This document shows, piece after piece, positions 43,138 through 46,921 of a stretch of DNA of 46,921 nucleotides (the first letter of the stretch is position 1; each line of letters starts with the position of its first letter). A model generated the notes under the pieces. The model saw nothing but the letters and a program-made list of their open reading frames with translations, did not search any database and was not told the origin of the DNA. The translations under genes were made by a program, and so were the position numbers. The DNA lies in the NCBI GenBank assembly GCA_037133995.1, contig JBAXNA010000001.1:1-46921 (forward strand), written 5' to 3'. Source of the DNA: Candidatus Saccharimonadota bacterium (GTDB lineage Bacteria > Patescibacteriota > Saccharimonadia > CAILAD01 > BJGX01).

Positions 43138-44385
43138 ATGAATAAAATTTTTGAATTAACTCAAGCTGAACTAGCTCGCCAAAAATCGACCCTTAATCTA
43201 ATTGCTAGTGAAAATTATCCTTCACCAAAAGTTCTAGAGCTACTGGGCTCAGCCTGGAACGACAAATACGCCGAAGGCTACCCAGGTAAGCGCTACTATG
43301 CAGGCAACGGCCTGGCAGACGATTTAGAGACTTTCGTTGGCAGCAAGGCTCTTGAAATTTTTTCAGCTAGCCAAGACTACGGTGTCAATGTTCAAGTTTT
43401 GTCTGGCAGCTCGGCCAATGCGATGGTATATATGGCGGTTCTAGACCAAGGAGACAGTGTACTAAGCCTAGATCTTGCAAGCGGCGGCCATCTCAGTCAT
43501 TTGCACTCCACTAGTAGCTATCTAAAGTTTTTCAAATATGCAAATTATAGTCTAACGAGTAAAAAAAGCGGCTCAGCAATAGACTATAAAGACTACGAGA
43601 ATCAAATAAAAAATCACCAGCCACGCATAGTAATAATTGGTTTCTCATCTTATCCTAGGCAATATGAATTTGCTAAGCTTTGCGAGATTGCGCATAGCTA
43701 TGGGGCGCTTGTGCTGGCTGACATAGCTCACATTTCAGGGCTAGTTGCGGTCGGCTTACACGATAGTCCTTTTAAGTCTGGGCCATCGGGCGCCGACTTT
43801 GTGACCACCACCACCCATAAGACATTGCGTGGGCCACGTTCTGCTCTAGTTTTTGCCAAGAAAGAATATATGCCAGTTATTGATAAAACAGTTTTTCCTG
43901 GCACTTCTGGAGGACCCCATCTAAATCAAATTGCCGCAGTTGGTCAAGCACTTCTAGAGGTTAGCGGTGAAGATAGCTACCCTGACAAAATACCTTTCAA
44001 GAGCTATATTGAGGCAGTAATCAAAAATACTAAGAGCTTAGAAAATGGCCTGGTAGAAGCTGGCGCTGAGATTGCTATACCGAGCCAGAATCATATTTGC
44101 TTAGTTAAGCTACCAGCTAGTGTAGATAGTCTAGAGCTGCAAGACTTACTTGAAAAATCTGGAATTATTACAAACAGAAACGCCATAGTCGGTGACGATA
44201 AGCCAGCTTGGCGGCCTGGCGGTTTGCGCCTTGGCGCAAGTGCTCTGACAAGTCGTGGTCTTGAGCCAGAACAAGCTCGAGAGCTAGGCGTTGCTATTGG
44301 CTCACTAATAAATGGCAGCCTAAGTGCATCATCAGTACTAGATTTTAGCAGTGACTTGTCTAGCAGTCTGAGCTGGCTATACTAG
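43138..44385 (+). CDS. glyA: serine hydroxymethyltransferase
   Basis: 415 aa. LIASENY, GYPGKRYY and PLP-lysine motif TTTTHKTLRGPR. Confidence 0.95.
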   Translation: MNKIFELTQAELARQKSTLNLIASENYPSPKVLELLGSAWNDKYAEGYPGKRYYAGNGLADDLETFVGSKALEIFSASQDYGVNVQVLSGSSANAMVYMAVLDQGDSVLSLDLASGGHLSHLHSTSSYLKFFKYANYSLTSKKSGSAIDYKDYENQIKNHQPRIVIIGFSSYPRQYEFAKLCEIAHSYGALVLADIAHISGLVAVGLHDSPFKSGPSGADFVTTTTHKTLRGPRSALVFAKKEYMPVIDKTVFPGTSGGPHLNQIAAVGQALLEVSGEDSYPDKIPFKSYIEAVIKNTKSLENGLVEAGAEIAIPSQNHICLVKLPASVDSLELQDLLEKSGIITNRNAIVGDDKPAWRPGGLRLGASALTSRGLEPEQARELGVAIGSLINGSLSASSVLDFSSDLSSSLSWLY

Positions 44386-44463
44386 TTTTGCTTTTTACCC
44401 TCATTGTCTGCTATAAATAAACATAAGTAATATTTTCTCTACTTCAAATGAGAGGTAACTGCT

Positions 44464-44874
44464 ATGCACCTTTTAAAATCTAGTGTTGAAAACATCTTTA
44501 GATTTACTACTTTGCTTATTTTTCGGCTAAGTAAGTTTGAAGAGCAGGTTCTAGCAAGGCAGCTTATTAGCTTTAATGACGATTCTTACTTACTTCCTAG
44601 TAAGATCATTGTTATTTTGAGTCATACCACCACAGGCACAGATTGTGAAATGCTTTGTTGGGCGGCAACAGCTAGCCAAAAAGCTGGCCTTGTTTATTTC
44701 GATGCCGAAGAAGATAGGTTCTGTCCAGATTGCGGCAACCATGGCGACATAGGCTCCTCAGTATTAGAGTCAAATGCTGTTAAAAGTAGAAGCTTTAACA
44801 TTAAAAAACTTCCCCAAGCCGGCAGGGTAGTTGTGATTCGTCAGGCCAGCGGTCACCGCTGGAGCTATAACTGA
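44464..44874 (+). CDS. hypothetical protein with possible 4-Cys metal site
   Basis: 136 aa. GAGAGG SD 9 nt upstream and a strong terminator downstream. CEMLC...CPDC. No recognisable family. Confidence 0.45.
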   Translation: MHLLKSSVENIFRFTTLLIFRLSKFEEQVLARQLISFNDDSYLLPSKIIVILSHTTTGTDCEMLCWAATASQKAGLVYFDAEEDRFCPDCGNHGDIGSSVLESNAVKSRSFNIKKLPQAGRVVVIRQASGHRWSYN

Positions 44875-44897
44875 AGTAGTACCATTTATGCACATTA

Positions 44898-44924
44898 AGC
44901 GCGAGGCTTGTCCTCGCGCTTTTT
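44898..44924 (+). terminator. strong intrinsic terminator
   Basis: AGCGCGAGG/CCTCGCGCT 9-bp GC-rich stem with a 5-nt loop, then TTTTT. Confidence 0.85.
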
Positions 44925-44926
44925 CC

Positions 44927-45123
44927 TTGACTAAACAGCTCTTATTTGGTAATATTGTAGGTGATTACCAAAGACTGTAGCTGTCTAGAGACCACCGTCA
45001 AAGACTTAATTAGCTACATGAGGTGAAAAATTATTTTCATCTTTGGTATATACCAAAGATTTTTTTGTTTTTGTAATCAAAATGAACATTCATATCAAAC
45101 TAATTAACAGGAGTGCATAAAGT
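44927..45123 (+). promoter_or_regulatory. rplJ promoter plus L10-leader-type attenuator
   Basis: TTGACT (44927-44932), 17 nt, TAATAT (44950-44955). Terminator palindrome ATCTTTGGTATATACCAAAGAT (45039-45060) followed by TTTTTTGTTTTT. An upstream copy of the 3' arm, TACCAAAGA (44966-44974), can pair with the 5' arm as an antiterminator. Confidence 0.6.
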
Positions 45124-45651
45124 ATGGCAAAAACCCGCGAGCAAAAAGAGCAGACGGTTAGTGATCTTACGACTGCCTTTAAGTCTAGTAAGCTAGCTGT
45201 TTTGACAGACTATAGAGGCCTAAATGTGCCAGCTATATCTGAGCTTCGTAGCAATTTGCGCGAAGTTGGTATTAGCTACACAGTAGCCAAAAATACTCTA
45301 GTCAAGATTGCCCTTGCAGCAGCCGAGAAAAATGTTGACGACACCAGCGTATTTGCTGGACCTGTCGGTATTGCTTTTGGAGAAGACGAAGTAGAAGCAG
45401 CTCGTATCGTGTACGAGTTTTCTAAAACCAATGGCGCCCTAGAAATACTAGGTGCAATCGACGAAGATGGCAAAGTATTGAGCAAAGAAGAGGTTATGGC
45501 CTTAGCTCTATTGCCAAGCAGAGAGCAGCTCTTAGGCCAAGTAGTTGGCACAATAGCCGCACCACTAAGTGGCCTAGTCAGAGTTCTAAATGGCAATGTG
45601 ACAGGGCTAGTATACGCCTTGAGCGCAATCGCTGAGAAAAAGACCGCATAG
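45124..45651 (+). CDS. rplJ: 50S ribosomal protein L10
   Basis: 175 aa. L10 pattern (VLTDYRGLNVPAISELRSNLRE...YTVAKNTL) with an AGGAG SD. Confidence 0.95.
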   Translation: MAKTREQKEQTVSDLTTAFKSSKLAVLTDYRGLNVPAISELRSNLREVGISYTVAKNTLVKIALAAAEKNVDDTSVFAGPVGIAFGEDEVEAARIVYEFSKTNGALEILGAIDEDGKVLSKEEVMALALLPSREQLLGQVVGTIAAPLSGLVRVLNGNVTGLVYALSAIAEKKTA

Positions 45652-45713
45652 ATACTGTATAAAGTATCAAAAATACACGAATACATTAGATATAAATAAT
45701 TTAGGAGAATATT

Positions 45714-46175
45714 ATGGCCGAAGAAGTAACAAAACAAGAAGAAGTAAAAGCAGAAGCTCCAGTAGCTGATGCAGTAGAAGAAAAAAAAGAAGTTCCAGCT
45801 AAGTTCAAGAGCCTTGTTGAAGAAATCGACAAATTAAGCGTTCTTGATCTATCAGAGCTTGTAAGCACGCTAGAAGATCACTATGGCGTTAGCGCTGCTG
45901 CTCCTGCAGCTGTAGCTGTAGCCGGTGCTGCTGCTGGCGGTGAAGAAGCTGCAGAAGATGCCAAAAGCTCATACAACATTATGTTGACTGCTGCTGGCGA
46001 AAAGAAGATTGACGTAATCAAAGCGGTTCGTGAAATCTCAGGACTCGGTCTTGCAGAATCAAAAGGCGTTGTTGATAGCGCTCCAATGATGGTCAAAGAA
46101 GGCGTTCCTGCTGAAGAAGCAGAAGCTGCTAAGAAGACTCTAGAAGAAGCTGGCGCAACTGTAGAACTACAGTAA
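45714..46175 (+). CDS. rplL: 50S ribosomal protein L7/L12 with ~29-aa acidic N-terminal extension
   Basis: 153 aa. [24 protein letters not shown], an Ala-rich hinge and the [30 protein letters not shown]...EAGATVELQ. Confidence 0.95.
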   Translation: MAEEVTKQEEVKAEAPVADAVEEKKEVPAKFKSLVEEIDKLSVLDLSELVSTLEDHYGVSAAAPAAVAVAGAAAGGEEAAEDAKSSYNIMLTAAGEKKIDVIKAVREISGLGLAESKGVVDSAPMMVKEGVPAEEAEAAKKTLEEAGATVELQ

Positions 46176-46218
46176 GCTAAAAGCAACCTTATCTAGTACC
46201 TAGATCAAGTAAGATATC

Positions 46219-46247
46219 AAAAAAGACTCTATCCAAGGGTCTTTTTT
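46219..46247 (+). terminator. intrinsic terminator after rplL
   Basis: AAAAAAGACTC/GGGTCTTTTTT, an ~11-bp stem with one G-U pair and a 7-nt loop. The 3' arm ends in T6. Confidence 0.7.
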
Positions 46248-46362
46248 GATGTAGCTAGAATCTTGATATAGTAGTGTTGATGCCTGTATGTTTGGCATTT
46301 GTTCAAATATTTGCTACACTATATTTGAAAAGAAAAGAGCAAAAAATCAAAAGGGGAATTCA

Positions 46363-46921
46363 TATGAGTAAAGACAAACAAACAGAAGAACTTCAACTGC
46401 TAGCAAACCAAATGAAAGCTGCCGAAGAAAATATGCGGCATCTCAAAGCTATGCTCAAAAAAATGGGCATGGCAGCTAAAGATTTGCCCGAGCCAACAGA
46501 TACGCCGCAGCCAATAGTCAGTGTTCCGCTGCAGGGCACGCCAGGCGGCCAAGACGTAGCCGGCAAGGTAATTGAAGGTCATTTTGATGGCCAAAATATG
46601 ATTGGCCCAGACGGTAAGATATACCCAGTGCCAGCAAACTATGCCAGTAAATCAAAACTTATTGAAGGTGATAACCTCAAGCTCACCATCTCGCCAGACG
46701 GCTCTTTTATCTATAAACAAATTGGGCCAATAGAACGTAAAAATCTTATTGCCAAGATCGGCTTAGACGATGGCCAGTACTCTGCTATTGTGGGCGATAA
46801 CCAATACAAGGTTTTGTATGCAAGCGTTACTTATTTTAAGGCTCAGCCTGGCGACGAAGTTACAATCGTGGTTCCAGCAAGCGGCGAAGCCAACTGGGCT
46901 GCTATTGAAGCAGTTATTGGT
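46363..46921 (+). CDS. hypothetical protein, 3' end outside window (not in the supplied ORF track)
   Basis: ATG at 46363 with GGGG 7 nt upstream. I read 186 codons without a stop to the window edge (MSKDKQTEELQLLANQMKAAEENMRHLKAML...GKVIEGHFDGQNMIGPDGKIYPVPANYASKSKLIEGDNLKL...). The antisense ORF at 46400-46594 is its shadow. Confidence 0.6.

Noticed and set aside
1-46921. Stop-codon reassignment (UGA as a sense codon, as in Gracilibacteria/SR1), CRISPR arrays, and tRNA or rRNA genes.
   Set aside because: Several well-supported genes terminate at TGA exactly at operon junctions (1665-1667, 12020-22, 22429-31). Long ORFs do not need TGA read-through. I found no spaced direct repeats and no tRNA-like T-arm or acceptor patterns in the intergenic regions.

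Overview
This is a gene-dense bacterial chromosome segment that uses the standard genetic code. UGA acts as a stop: the def, adk and NOX-like genes all end in TGA, and gene junctions are tidy. I saw no rRNA, tRNA, CRISPR array, transposase or integrase.

About 50 genes are present and most are core housekeeping:
- fmt-def-priA and secDF
- recJ
- rpsU-yqeY-ybeY-dgkA-adk-map
- ftsA-ftsZ-nrdR
- a T-box-controlled, eukaryote-like (type 2) ileS
- ftsW/rodA
- secE-nusG-rplK-rplA and rplJ-rplL

Several traits fit a reduced-genome Patescibacteria/CPR organism, possibly Saccharibacteria-like. These are short overlapping genes, nucleotide-salvage genes, a secreted nuclease, an FN3 surface protein and charged extensions on ribosomal proteins. 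That placement is inference only, because no similarity search was possible.

Four accessory or unusual parts stand out:
1. A complete divergent carotenoid cluster at 30.5-36.6 kb. It has crtI, a GGPP synthase and crtB on one strand. The other strand has two small PxE(E/D) cyclase subunits and a single ORF fusing a UbiA-type lycopene-elongase-like prenyltransferase to a GT2 glycosyltransferase. This is the layout of actinobacterial C50 carotenoid loci.
2. A translationally coupled pair at 22.0-23.7 kb: a NOX/ferric-reductase-type flavocytochrome and a membrane-anchored cytochrome b5-like protein.
3. Two divergent MacB/FtsX-type ABC transporters, followed by an ECF sigma factor, an anti-sigma candidate and a secreted protein.
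4. A dcd-thyX-glyA dTMP module inserted between rplKA and rplJL.

At the RNA and regulatory level I see:
- an ileS T-box whose 3' antiterminator strand can sequester the SD
- an L10-leader-type attenuator
- a motif shared by the rplK and rplA leaders
- an orphan promoter-to-terminator unit between ftsA and ftsZ
- a recurring (TGn)TATAAT-N6-10-ATG arrangement that implies many leaderless mRNAs

All protein calls rest on motif recognition in the supplied translations. None is database-verified.
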